Shown: piece by piece, positions 29,609 to 39,795 of the stretch | Layout of the letters: each line of letters starts with the position of its first letter | Numbering within the stretch: position 1 is the stretch's first letter | Source of the DNA: Candidatus Velthaea sp. | Lineage (GTDB): Bacteria > Vulcanimicrobiota > Vulcanimicrobiia > Vulcanimicrobiales > Vulcanimicrobiaceae | Direction of reading: 5' to 3' | NCBI GenBank assembly: GCA_965214935.1 | Contig: CBDCCS010000001.1 | Span: 96,001-160,000 of the forward strand | Length of the DNA: 64,000 nt | The notes under the pieces: model-generated | What the model was told of the DNA's origin: nothing | Seen by the model: only the letters and a program-made list of their open reading frames with translations | Database searches by the model: none | Program-made: the position numbers and the translations under genes

Positions 29609-32154
29609 ATGCGCAACGAAAAGTCTTCTGCCTCGACCGTCAAATTCGGATTGTAATAGGGATCGCGACTTGACGGCGCGGGCCAGCGCATTCGAACGTA
29701 GGCGATCTCTTCCATCGCGCGCCGGATTTTCGCCGGTGTATCGTCGCCGCCGCGCGTTTTTGATTCGAAGTGGAAGAGCCGCACGTACGGCAGGTACAGG
29801 CTGCGAAAGCCGGCGGCATCGAGCCGCAGGCACAAATCCACGTCGTTGAACGCGACGGAAAGCGCCTCGTCGAAACCGCCGACGGCGACGAATTTTTTGC
29901 GCTCCACCATCATACATGCGGCGGTCACGGCACTGTAATTCGTCGGCGCTTGCAGAGCACCGAAGTAGCCCGGAGATTGCGCTGACAGGAAGCGGTGTGC
30001 ATGTCCGCCGAGCCCAAGGATCCCGAGCACGATACCGCTGTGCTGCACGGTTTCATCAGGATAGAGCAACAGCGCGCCGACCGCTCCGGTGTGCGGACGC
30101 GCTGCCGCTTCGAGCAAAGACTCGATCCAGTCGTCGGTGATAACGACGGTATCGTTGTTCAAAAACAGCAAAAATTCAGCCGACGCCGCCTCGACGGCCA
30201 AATTGTTGAGGCGTGAGTAATTAAACGCAAAGTCGGCGAGCAGAACGCGAAAGCGGTCGGGTTCGCGCCGCCGCCAGTGCCCGAGTAGTTCGGCCGTCGA
30301 ACTCTCGCGGCTTGCGTTGTCGACGACGAGTACCTCGAAGTTCTTGAAGGTCGAACGCGTAAAAATCGAGTCGAGACACGCGCCGAGCAGTTCGGCGCGA
30401 TCGCGCGTCGGAATGACGATCGTAACGCGCTCGTCGCCGCGTAGCGCATAACGGACGGCGAAATGCTCGGACCCCGCTGCCGGGAGCGCAACGACGCGAG
30501 CCGCTTCACCGCGCCGAGTTAGGGCGTCGGTGATCGCCCGGCGGACAAGTGCGCCGCGCGCAGCTTCGGCCGGCTTGCGATGGTACAATACGCGCGCTTC
30601 ATGAACGATCGATGGTGCCGAATCGCTCAAGCGCAACAACGCGTCGTACCACTTAGCCGCGCCGAGTTCACCGCGTAAGCCGCCGATGCGCTCGAGCGCG
30701 GCAACGCGGACCATACATGGGCGGCCGATATAATCGCGCGACAAAAGCGTCTCGGGCGACCAGTCCGGTTTCATGTGCGGCAGACGAAAGCCGCCGCGAT
30801 CGTCGATCTCATCTTCATCTGCATAGAAGACATCGAGATTGGGATCGACATTGACGGCCAACGCGCAAGCGAACAGCGCATCGGCTTCGAGCAGATCGCC
30901 GCCGTCGACGACGAGGGCGAACGCGGCCGTCGACGTCGCTGCGAGCAGCGTCTGCGCGGCGGTCGTAACGCTCACTCGTTCATCGCAGGCAGAGGCCGCA
31001 ACAACCGCCGCGGAGAGTGCCGACGGTAATCGCTCCGAGACGAGAACGTGCGCGTGCCAATCGCGCCAAATTTGCGCGCGTAACGAGCGTAGTGTCGTGT
31101 CGAAAGCAGCTGCATCGCACGCATCGACCGTCACGAAGATATCAAACGACGGACGCTGCGTCAGGACGGCGGCCATCGCGTTCAACCGAACGATGTCCGC
31201 ATCGCGCAATGCATGCCGCTCGCGCCACAAGAAGTACGGATCGCCGACCGCGCTGAGCTCGGCCGCCGCCGTTTCGGGCGCAATCTGCGGCAACAAATCC
31301 TCGCCCTTGAAACGCAGCTTCTTCTTAAGCGCAAACCAGGCGTTCCGGATTTGCCAGAAACGGCTTTGCTGCATGGCGATGATGACGCTACGCTGCCGCC
31401 GCACGACGGGGTACAAGTACGCGACTTGAGCCAACGCGCGCTCGCGCGAACGGCCGTCGTCGAGCGCTGCCAGATTGTCGACGACCGCGTCGACGCCGGC
31501 GAGCGCGACGTCCCAGCCGACCGCGTCCGCACGCAACGGCCCGATGACGCGGCAGCGCGGAATGATTCCGCCGCCTAGAGTCGCGACGAGAGCGTCATAT
31601 TCGGCTTGGTCGCGTAGGAGAAAAGCGCGCGCGCTCGCTAAACGCTCGCGCACGACGCGCGCAAAGCGCAACGGATCGCGATCGAGCTGCGGCATCACGA
31701 TCGCCCGCTCGCCGACAAAGGGCAACGCCTGCAGCGTCGTACCGGCGTTGTACGGCGTAAAGATAAACGCATCGTACGCGTCGGCCACCCGCCGCAGGTG
31801 CGCGAGCAGGCCCGGACTGCGCACGCCTTCGTTGAGAAAGATTTCATCGGCTTGCGACGACCGGCGATCGGACGACGTCAACTCCAGCAGCGCGCGACTG
31901 TAAGCCGGCCGGTCGCGCGGTTCGACGCGAAAGCGCTCGATGGCAAACGGCTCGCTAAGATCGCTTCCGCTGCGATAATAATTATCGCCCCAATCATCGG
32001 CGGCGGATCGAGCGCAGGTCGTCAACACCACCACTCCGGCACCGCGCAACGCGAACTGCGACGCGAGCTCGAAAGCGAACCGTTCCTGCGGCTGCGTCGC
32101 TTCGCGGCCGAAAAACGGCGCAACCAATGCGATACGCCGCCCGGTCTCCGGCAT
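29605..32154 (-). CDS. Multidomain glycosyltransferase: truncated GT4-like N-domain, degenerate GT2, intact GT2
   Basis: N-terminal IALVAP..ELA..RG..VVLTT; middle VVDGGD replaces LDHDD; C-terminal IPTRD, FLNNDT, FNDVDLCL, HFESKTRG. Confidence 0.85.
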   Translation of the reverse strand: MPETGRRIALVAPFFGREATQPQERFAFELASQFALRGAGVVVLTTCARSAADDWGDNYYRSGSDLSEPFAIERFRVEPRDRPAYSRALLELTSSDRRSSQADEIFLNEGVRSPGLLAHLRRVADAYDAFIFTPYNAGTTLQALPFVGERAIVMPQLDRDPLRFARVVRERLASARAFLLRDQAEYDALVATLGGGIIPRCRVIGPLRADAVGWDVALAGVDAVVDNLAALDDGRSRERALAQVAYLYPVVRRQRSVIIAMQQSRFWQIRNAWFALKKKLRFKGEDLLPQIAPETAAAELSAVGDPYFLWRERHALRDADIVRLNAMAAVLTQRPSFDIFVTVDACDAAAFDTTLRSLRAQIWRDWHAHVLVSERLPSALSAAVVAASACDERVSVTTAAQTLLAATSTAAFALVVDGGDLLEADALFACALAVNVDPNLDVFYADEDEIDDRGGFRLPHMKPDWSPETLLSRDYIGRPCMVRVAALERIGGLRGELGAAKWYDALLRLSDSAPSIVHEARVLYHRKPAEAARGALVRRAITDALTRRGEAARVVALPAAGSEHFAVRYALRGDERVTIVIPTRDRAELLGACLDSIFTRSTFKNFEVLVVDNASRESSTAELLGHWRRREPDRFRVLLADFAFNYSRLNNLAVEAASAEFLLFLNNDTVVITDDWIESLLEAAARPHTGAVGALLLYPDETVQHSGIVLGILGLGGHAHRFLSAQSPGYFGALQAPTNYSAVTAACMMVERKKFVAVGGFDEALSVAFNDVDLCLRLDAAGFRSLYLPYVRLFHFESKTRGGDDTPAKIRRAMEEIAYVRMRWPAPSSRDPYYNPNLTVEAEDFSLRI

Positions 32155-33501
32155 CTACGCGGCGACCATCTCTGCGGCAACGCCGGCACGGCGCTGCGCA
32201 AAAAGCGCTTGAGCCGAAATCTCGGCGATCGCGACACCTAACGTCAACCAGTACAGCGAGCCGACCTTCGGAAAGAAAAATAGATCGTCGAAGATTTGAT
32301 GAGCCGCTAAGGCGGCGCTCGCCGCGAGCATGCCGACGACGACCGGCCGTCGGATCGTCGAACGCGCGAGCGTGAAGATTGCCGCCAAGAACATGCCGAG
32401 CGTTGCGCTCAACATCACGACGCCCCCTTCGGCGAGGCTTTGCAAATAGATGCTGTTGGCATGCGTCCGGATGCCGGGTAAACCGACGCCGCTCAAATCA
32501 AACTCGTAATTGCCCGCTCCGACACCGAAAACCGGAGATGTTTTCCATAAGTCGAGTGCTGCCCGCCAGAGCAGCGCGCGATTCGCCAGATGATCGGCTT
32601 GCTGCGGTACCTGATCGAGCGAAAAATAGCGCGGCGGCAGTCCGGCGCGAATCGCGACGACCGCTAAGATCGCCGTCCCGGCGATGGTTGCGACGGCGAA
32701 TCGCATGCCGATGGCGCGCGGCGTCCGCATCACGATCAGGACGACCATGCAGGCAAAAACGGTCGCCACGATGCCGGCGCGCGAGAATGTCAGCAGTTCG
32801 GTCACGCCGGCCAGCGCGACGACGGCGACGAGCCGGCCGTCGCGATGCAGCAAATTCCGTGCGAAAAGAACCGGGATTGCGATCTCGAGCCAGCCGCCGA
32901 GTTGATTGGGACCCTCGAGCACACCCGCGATCCGCGGCACGCCTTGCTGGCGAACGAAGATGCCCGAATGCGCGCCGATAGCATACTCGGCGACGGCGCT
33001 CAAGCATACAATAACGGTTACGGTCTGAAGCGCGAGCCAGAACGGCCGGTCGTCGGGATCGCTGGCATACGCGAACACAGCTCCGACAAACAGCGCCGCG
33101 TACTCCAGGGTCTTAAACGCTTCGCGAACGACCGGCGCAACATGCTCGGCGTGAAGCGCACTCAACCCGATTGCTAACTCCAGCCCAACAAAAACACCAA
33201 GCATCACGCGAACCGGTGCAGTTCCGAATGCGGCGAAGTCCGGCCGGCGCAAAGCCAGCGAACCGAAGAGCCCGATCAGTCCGGCTTTGAGTAGGGTTAC
33301 GGTGGTCGGGCCGAGGTAGCGCGCATCTCCGAGCGGCGCAAGCACGATGAGCGCAGCGACGCCGTAGGCCGGACGCCGCCAAGTTAGGGCGGCGACGATG
33401 GCCGCCGCCGCGATATAAAGGACGGCACTCGATAGATCGAGCGGAACGTGCTGTTCGACTCGCAGCGCGATCGCCCAGGGGTGCAATCCGAGCGCGTTCA
33501 T
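32155..33501 (-). CDS. O-antigen ligase/polymerase family (Wzy_C) protein
   Basis: PRIAGVLEGPNQ, TFSRAG, R..LW, GVGAGNY, HANSIYLQ.LAEGG. Start via ATGA overlap with murJ. Confidence 0.85.
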   Translation of the reverse strand: MNALGLHPWAIALRVEQHVPLDLSSAVLYIAAAAIVAALTWRRPAYGVAALIVLAPLGDARYLGPTTVTLLKAGLIGLFGSLALRRPDFAAFGTAPVRVMLGVFVGLELAIGLSALHAEHVAPVVREAFKTLEYAALFVGAVFAYASDPDDRPFWLALQTVTVIVCLSAVAEYAIGAHSGIFVRQQGVPRIAGVLEGPNQLGGWLEIAIPVLFARNLLHRDGRLVAVVALAGVTELLTFSRAGIVATVFACMVVLIVMRTPRAIGMRFAVATIAGTAILAVVAIRAGLPPRYFSLDQVPQQADHLANRALLWRAALDLWKTSPVFGVGAGNYEFDLSGVGLPGIRTHANSIYLQSLAEGGVVMLSATLGMFLAAIFTLARSTIRRPVVVGMLAASAALAAHQIFDDLFFFPKVGSLYWLTLGVAIAEISAQALFAQRRAGVAAEMVAA

Positions 33502-35078
33502 GGAAGGAGCGTCAGGTCGCGCGGCCGCTGCCGTTTCACCAGCAACTCGATCGCCAAGTGAACTTCGGCAGAGTCGAAGAGGCGTGCGAGGCCGAGAAAC
33601 AGAGCTGCGCCGAAGCCGAGATGCTCGCACAATGAAACGATTCGCGCGATTTCGCCGCCCGTTACCGGCGGCTCGAACGATTGCACGGCTAAGAGGGCAC
33701 CGACCATGATCGAACTGCAGCCGGCAACCTTGAGCACCGATCGGCCGATCGCGGTGAGATCGAAGCCGCCGACGCAGCGCCAGGCCACGCAGCCCAACGC
33801 GATCGTCTGCAACGTCTGACTAACGCTGTTTGCCAGCAATAAGCCGCGCGCACCCAGCGACGGCAGCCAAATGACCGAGAGTACGATATTGACAATGACC
33901 GAAGCGACGGACAGCGCGACGGTCGGACGCACGCGGCCACACGCAAAGGTGCAACGCGTCAAAACGACGTTTGCCGCAAGTGCAACGAGACCGGCGGCGG
34001 CATAGGGCAGCAGCGACGTGCACAGCAGCGTCGCTTCGCCGTTGAACGCGCCTCGTTCAAAGAGCGTTCGCACGATCGGTCCGGCCAGCACGATCAAGCC
34101 CAACGCCGACGGCACCGTCAAAAAAATAACCAGCTGCAAACTCGTCGCGATGCTGCCGCGCATCGCTTTGCCGTTGCGGTTGGCAAACTGGCTTGCAAAC
34201 ACCGGAAAGATCACCGTTGCGATCGCCGTAACAAACAGCTGTTGCGGAAAACCGACGATTTTAACTGCATAGTTCATGCCCGAAATCGATCCGACGTTGA
34301 GACCTGATGCAAAGAAACGATCGAAAAACATCGCGCACTGACCGGCCGCCGAGCCGATCGCAATCGGGCCGAGCGAATCGAGTACGCGCCGCATGGCCGG
34401 GTGCTGCAAATCGACGCGCCAACGGGGGCCGACGATTGAAAAAAAGGCCGGCAGTTGCACGAGCAGTTGCGCGACGAAACCGAGCACGGTGCCCAGCACG
34501 AGCGCATCGATACCGTAACGTCCGAAGCCGTATACGATCGCAGCAATAACCGCGATATTGAGCATCACACCCTGCAACGCTGCGGCGGCAAACCGCCGGT
34601 AAGCATTGAGCACCGCTGCAACGATGCCCGACAGCGACGTCGCAACGATCGTCGGCATCAACATGCGCGTCATCTCGACGGTCAACGCTAGGCGGTCGGG
34701 CCGGAAGTGGACGAAGAGCGGCACGTATCGGGGAGCGAACCACCAGCCCAAACTCGCAGCCGCGATGAGAAACAGTCCGATCGATACGATGAGCGTTGTG
34801 GCTAAGCGCCCGGCTTCGACTTGACGCCCGGTTGCGACGTACTCGGAGAAGATCGGCACGAGCGCGCTGACGAGCGCACCGTTAAACACGCCGAACAGAA
34901 TCGTCGGCACGACGAGTGCGGCAAGAAACGCGTCGAGTTGCCAGCTTGCACCGAAAAAGCGTGCCGTAACGATCTCGCGAGCGAAGCCCAGCACCGTGGA
35001 CGCCAGCGTAGCTCCCATGACCAGCAGCGTCGAGCGGGCAAGACGTTGTGCCGGCGCCGGTGGCTCGACTAGGCGCAA
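33498..35078 (-). CDS. murJ: MurJ/MviN-family lipid II or polysaccharide flippase
   Basis: LGFARE..FFG, DAF, LVPIF, DRFFAS, YA..FP, LFERGAF. Start estimated at TTG 35078. Confidence 0.85.
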   Translation of the reverse strand: MRLVEPPAPAQRLARSTLLVMGATLASTVLGFAREIVTARFFGASWQLDAFLAALVVPTILFGVFNGALVSALVPIFSEYVATGRQVEAGRLATTLIVSIGLFLIAAASLGWWFAPRYVPLFVHFRPDRLALTVEMTRMLMPTIVATSLSGIVAAVLNAYRRFAAAALQGVMLNIAVIAAIVYGFGRYGIDALVLGTVLGFVAQLLVQLPAFFSIVGPRWRVDLQHPAMRRVLDSLGPIAIGSAAGQCAMFFDRFFASGLNVGSISGMNYAVKIVGFPQQLFVTAIATVIFPVFASQFANRNGKAMRGSIATSLQLVIFLTVPSALGLIVLAGPIVRTLFERGAFNGEATLLCTSLLPYAAAGLVALAANVVLTRCTFACGRVRPTVALSVASVIVNIVLSVIWLPSLGARGLLLANSVSQTLQTIALGCVAWRCVGGFDLTAIGRSVLKVAGCSSIMVGALLAVQSFEPPVTGGEIARIVSLCEHLGFGAALFLGLARLFDSAEVHLAIELLVKRQRPRDLTLLP

Positions 35079-35085
35079 AGTGCCG

Positions 35086-35754
35086 CTAATGGGCGCCGAT
35101 TCCGCGGATAACCGCGGGGACGGTGCGCGCAATGATCTCCAAATCCAGCAACGGCGTCCACGTGCTGATGTACTCGTTGTCGAGCGCCATCCATTGATCG
35201 AAGCTCAACTGCGACCGGCCGGAAATTTGCCACAAGCATGTAACGCCCGGCTTGACGGCCAGACGACCGAGCGCATAATCATCGTAGTCTTGAACTTCGC
35301 ACGGTAACGGCGGCCGTGGACCGACGGCGGCCATTTCACCCCGCAACACATTGATGAAATTCGGAATTTCATCGATGCTCGTGCGGCGCAAGAACGCACC
35401 GAGAGCATGTAAGCGCGGATCGTCGCGCATTTTGAAAACCGGCCCGTCGACTTCGCTGAGCGGCTGCATTGCCGAATGCAAGAGATGCGCGCCCGAAACC
35501 ATCGTCCGAAGTTTGAATAAACGAAACGAGCGCCCGTTTTGCCCGATCCGATCCTGTGTAAAAATCGGCGATCCACCGCTTACAGCGTAGATGCCGGCCA
35601 TTGCGACAAGCAAGATCGGTGACGTTACGCCGAGGACGAAGATGGACAGCGCAACGTCGATCGCTCGCTTAGCGGCAAACCATTCGCTCGGCACCGCGCG
35701 TGACTTGATGCGCGGGATCGAGCGTGCGGCGGCCGGACGCAACGTTTCGGTCAT
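35086..35754 (-). CDS. Priming undecaprenyl-phosphate sugar-1-phosphate transferase (small PGT)
   Basis: KRAID, FKLRTM, DDPR, LRRTSIDEIP, VGPRP, KPGVT.LWQISGRS; ATGA overlap with deoB. Confidence 0.9.
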   Translation of the reverse strand: MTETLRPAAARSIPRIKSRAVPSEWFAAKRAIDVALSIFVLGVTSPILLVAMAGIYAVSGGSPIFTQDRIGQNGRSFRLFKLRTMVSGAHLLHSAMQPLSEVDGPVFKMRDDPRLHALGAFLRRTSIDEIPNFINVLRGEMAAVGPRPPLPCEVQDYDDYALGRLAVKPGVTCLWQISGRSQLSFDQWMALDNEYISTWTPLLDLEIIARTVPAVIRGIGAH

Positions 35755-36884
35755 GTCGTTACTCGCTGCGGCTCGAGCAGCGCAGCCACGCGAAGCCCGA
35801 GTCGAGCTAAGCCGGAGGTCACGCCGAGATCGCCGCCCGGCGCGCTGGAGAGCTCGATGAAGGGGACGTATTCGCGTGTGTGGTCGGTACCGGGCGCCGT
35901 CGGATCGCAACCGTGATCGGCGGTGAAGAAAAGACCATCACCCGGCCGGACACGCGCGCGTATCGCAGGTAAGGCCGCATCGAGCCGTTCGAGCGCATCG
36001 CCGTACCCTCGGATGTCGCGCCGATGACCGAACTTCGAATCAAAGTCATTGAGATTCACGAAAACCATACCGTGGTCGACGGCGTCGGCAATACGAAGCG
36101 CTTTTTCAATCGCATCGCTATTGTCAACGACGCGCACCGATGACGCGATTCCCCGGCCACAATAAATGTCGCAAATTTTGCCGACGGCATGCACCGGAAT
36201 CGCCGCAGCGGCAAAGCGATCGAGCATGTTCGGCGGCGGAGTCACGGCATAATCGCGTCGATTCGGCGTCCGCTCGTACGACCCGCTGTGTCCGCTAAAC
36301 GGCCGCGCGATAACTCGGTTGACGGCGTGCGGCGCGACGAGCATCTCGCGGGCTCGCTCGCACCACTCATAGAGCAAACCCAAAGGAACGGTCGTTTCAT
36401 GCGCCGCGACTTGAAACACGGAATCAGCCGAAGTATAGAGAATCGGCCGCCCCGTGCGTTGATGTTCCGCGCCGAGTTCGGCGATGATCTCCGTGCCCGA
36501 CGCGGGCTTATTACCGAGCGGGGGCAAGCCGCAGATGGCGCTAAAGGCGTCAATGACTTCGGGCGGAAAACCGCTCGCATACGTTGGAAAAGGAAGCTCC
36601 GTGACGATCCCGGCCATTTCCCAATGCCCGGTTATCGTGTCTTTGCCTTTTGATATTTCCGCTAAGCGTCCGACCGCCGCGAGCGGCTGTGCAACGGCGC
36701 TTACTCCCCGTATCGGGGTAATGCAACCGAGTCCAAGCTGCTCGAAATTCGGCATTCGCAAACCACCGAGCCGTTCTGCAACATTAGCTATTGTATTGGC
36801 GGCAGGAGCATCTCCGTAGCTCGACGCGTCAGGTAATGCACCCACTCCGGCAGAATCCATCACAAACGCTAGAACGCGAGGCAT
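35751..36884 (-). CDS. deoB: Phosphopentomutase
   Basis: DSAGVG, SKGKDTITGHWE, YTSADSVFQ, RVIARPF, GHRRD, TADHGCDPT, DHTREYVP. Confidence 0.95.
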   Translation of the reverse strand: MPRVLAFVMDSAGVGALPDASSYGDAPAANTIANVAERLGGLRMPNFEQLGLGCITPIRGVSAVAQPLAAVGRLAEISKGKDTITGHWEMAGIVTELPFPTYASGFPPEVIDAFSAICGLPPLGNKPASGTEIIAELGAEHQRTGRPILYTSADSVFQVAAHETTVPLGLLYEWCERAREMLVAPHAVNRVIARPFSGHSGSYERTPNRRDYAVTPPPNMLDRFAAAAIPVHAVGKICDIYCGRGIASSVRVVDNSDAIEKALRIADAVDHGMVFVNLNDFDSKFGHRRDIRGYGDALERLDAALPAIRARVRPGDGLFFTADHGCDPTAPGTDHTREYVPFIELSSAPGGDLGVTSGLARLGLRVAALLEPQRVTT

Positions 36885-36952
36885 TGACGGGCGCGGTTCG
36901 GTTCACCGCAGGAGCGTGCCTTCTCTATCGATGAACGGCTGCTCGGATCCAT

Positions 36953-38734
36953 ATGCGTTTGTACTTTGTTCTATTTGTGATTTTTATCGGGCTGACCGCG
37001 AATTTGCACGATGCATCGGCTAATCCGACGACGAGTTTGGATCTGCATGCCGATCGCGTCGCTTATTACAGCAACCGCTATATCGTCACCGGTGACGGGC
37101 ACGTTCGCGTACGACTCTCCGACGGAACGTTAATAACGGCGCAACTATTTAGCATGGATCTGAAGCTCAATCGATTCTTGCTTGCGGGCAACGTTCATAT
37201 CGACGGCGCAAACGTTCATGAGGTCGGCGCCGGCTTCGCCGGATATCCCGACCTCGATCGCTCGTATTTTCTGCCCGCGACCGGAAACGTTGATAAATGG
37301 ACGTATTTCGGTCTCGACTTCGGACATCCGAGTAAAGGCCGGGCACAGCCCGGTGATGCGTATTTCATTCCGGATCTTAGTACGGAGAAGCCGTACATCG
37401 TTGCAGCGGGCGCGTTGATATTACCGAAAACAAACGTCAAATTCAGCGCCTCGCGCCTCTACGTACTCGGCGTGCTCGTACCGACCGGATCGTGGGTCGA
37501 GACCTTTTCCGCAAATCCGAATTACGCTCAAAACGCCTTTAGCGGCGCAAGTTTCGATATCGGCGTTCCGTACCAGGGATCCGAACACGCCATTTCGGCA
37601 CTGCACCTGCGCTATACGGGCGTCAATAAATTCTTTTTATCGTTCGACCAGCATTTTGTTTGGGGTCGTGACTGGGCGGTTTTTTCCGTTAACCCGCTCA
37701 CGAACGAAGAACGGCAATTCAATCTCATTGCGTACAAGCGCGTGTCACCTAAAATGGAAGCTCGCGTCTTCGCGCAACTGTCGACCGCGCAACACGGCAT
37801 TTATCGCCCGGAGGTCGCCAGCTCGTATCTGAATCTGTCCTATGTTTATGCTGCGCCGCACTCCGCCGTTTCACTCATTGCCGACCAGTACAACACGAGT
37901 CTGCTGCAGTACCCCGTTCATTCAGGGCTGGACGATGAGCGCGCGTACGATCACCCGGCCGATGCGCAGATCGCGTGGACCGGCCGCGATTCGCCGGTCG
38001 GTAAATTACCGCTCAACCTTCGGCTGCGCAGCGGTTTCGGAATCGCCCATGACGGTTACCATTGCGGTCCGTACACCTCGTATTGTTTGGGCGATCCACG
38101 CAATGCGACCGGCGAAAACATCGGTTTCGTATTGAACTATTTCGGGGCCGGCCGCACGCCCGTACCGACGATTTGGCAGCACTTCGCGGGCGCTACGCTC
38201 TACACGTCGACGATCGCGTTAACCCGTTCACTTGCTCCGCTCAATCTCAATATCGTCTTGGATAAGCAACGGCAATGGTTTTCGCTGCCGCACTATATCG
38301 ATTCGAGCACGACGACGCTGTCGCTGTCCAAACTCTACACGCGTAAACTCGCACTTCTCGGAGCGTATTCGGTGACGCAATTAGCCGACGTTTACGGCAA
38401 GCGCCAACGCGAATTCTACCCGGAGTTCGAGCCGATCTCACCGGACGGGGTCTTGTATCCGGGCTACGCTGCGTTTCGCGGCATTTCGACGACACGTTCG
38501 CTCACGGGATCGGCCGTCGTCACTCCGAACCAATATTTCAACTATGCGTTCACCGTCCGCCGCGGGTACGATTTCCCGGCTCCGATTCCCGGCGTCTTCG
38601 GCAACCCGCCTTGGCAAGTCACGAACGAGCTTCGCTTTCGGATCGCGCGCCAAATTTTGATGGACGTGAGCCGCACGGATTACTTTCGCTTCGGCGGTTA
38701 CCAGCCGTCGTTTAGCGTGTTGTTCGGACCCTAA
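36953..38734 (+). CDS. Secreted/outer-membrane protein, candidate divergent LptD-like beta-barrel
   Basis: Signal peptide; OstA-like N-terminus (LHADRVAYY..VTGDGHVRV..LLAGNVHI); aromatic-rich alternating strands; ends FSVLFGP. Confidence 0.5.
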   Translation: MRLYFVLFVIFIGLTANLHDASANPTTSLDLHADRVAYYSNRYIVTGDGHVRVRLSDGTLITAQLFSMDLKLNRFLLAGNVHIDGANVHEVGAGFAGYPDLDRSYFLPATGNVDKWTYFGLDFGHPSKGRAQPGDAYFIPDLSTEKPYIVAAGALILPKTNVKFSASRLYVLGVLVPTGSWVETFSANPNYAQNAFSGASFDIGVPYQGSEHAISALHLRYTGVNKFFLSFDQHFVWGRDWAVFSVNPLTNEERQFNLIAYKRVSPKMEARVFAQLSTAQHGIYRPEVASSYLNLSYVYAAPHSAVSLIADQYNTSLLQYPVHSGLDDERAYDHPADAQIAWTGRDSPVGKLPLNLRLRSGFGIAHDGYHCGPYTSYCLGDPRNATGENIGFVLNYFGAGRTPVPTIWQHFAGATLYTSTIALTRSLAPLNLNIVLDKQRQWFSLPHYIDSSTTTLSLSKLYTRKLALLGAYSVTQLADVYGKRQREFYPEFEPISPDGVLYPGYAAFRGISTTRSLTGSAVVTPNQYFNYAFTVRRGYDFPAPIPGVFGNPPWQVTNELRFRIARQILMDVSRTDYFRFGGYQPSFSVLFGP

Positions 38735-38736
38735 GC

Positions 38737-39789
38737 ATGAAACGTTATGACGTTCGGCATCCCGTCGGCATGCTGTTGCTGGCAGCCGCGTTCGTCGCAC
38801 TGAGCGGGATCGCGCCGGCGCAGCAAGTGCCGGCGGCGCCGGGCGTGCCGCGCGCACCGGGGCCGCCGAGTGCGACGGGCACACCGCCCCTACCCGCTCC
38901 GCCCGTCTCGGCATTTCCCTCACCGCAGGCAGCTCCGGTGCCGACGGCAAGCACGAGCCCGACGCCGGCACCTGCGAACGCCGTTCTGCCGCCGGTCACG
39001 TCGGCGGGGAGCGCGCTTATTCGCTTCACGGGACAATTACTCGACGTGCGCAACGGATATGCGTACTTTACGACGAGCGATGCGTTCAAAATCAGCCCTG
39101 CTTTGCGTATCGTCAGCCTCGACGCCGGGGCACCGGTCCGCGAGCCCACAGCGCGCTTATATGCCCGGGCAACACTCGATCCGGCCAGCGGTTCGATCGT
39201 GGAATTAGCGTTGACGAAACGCCGCTTGCCGCAAGATGCCGCCTACGTTCAAGCCTATTCGCAAGCGCATGCCTTTGTCGTGGCCGCGGCGTCGCGCACT
39301 ATTCCGGCACCGGAAATCGAATACCACGGTAGCGGTAAGCCGCCGACGGGACGACCTGTTGCCGTAACGTTTTACGTGCAGATTCCGCCGACGACGCCGC
39401 TGTCCGACAACGTGTACATCACGACCGACGCCAGTGCCTGGGTGGCAAATGCGATGCGCATGGATCGCATCGATGCATTGCACTACCGGCTGACGCGCAC
39501 GTATGCGTCGGGCACGAAATTTGCTTACCGGTATACACGCGGCTCGTGGACGTCGATCGAGGTCGGCGAAGACGGTCTCGAGGACGACCCGCATTTGTTC
39601 GTCGTGCCCGAAGTCGATGCAAAGCGGCTGGACAACGTCGTGTACCGGTGGTCCGATCAAAACCCTGCGCAACAGCAAGTCGGGCCGGACTCGATCCCGA
39701 CGCCGTTCAATCCGAACCCGTTCGGCACGTTTCCCTCCGGTATCCAGCATCCGGGTATCCCGGCGCCGTCGCCGACGCCGCGACCCTAG
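38737..39789 (+). CDS. Secreted Pro-rich protein with CBM20-like domain
   Basis: Signal peptide and Pro-rich linker; VTFYVQIP..NVYIT..W..MDR..FAYRYTRGSW..E resembles a starch-binding module. Confidence 0.6.
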   Translation: MKRYDVRHPVGMLLLAAAFVALSGIAPAQQVPAAPGVPRAPGPPSATGTPPLPAPPVSAFPSPQAAPVPTASTSPTPAPANAVLPPVTSAGSALIRFTGQLLDVRNGYAYFTTSDAFKISPALRIVSLDAGAPVREPTARLYARATLDPASGSIVELALTKRRLPQDAAYVQAYSQAHAFVVAAASRTIPAPEIEYHGSGKPPTGRPVAVTFYVQIPPTTPLSDNVYITTDASAWVANAMRMDRIDALHYRLTRTYASGTKFAYRYTRGSWTSIEVGEDGLEDDPHLFVVPEVDAKRLDNVVYRWSDQNPAQQQVGPDSIPTPFNPNPFGTFPSGIQHPGIPAPSPTPRP

Positions 39790-39795
39790 CCGATG

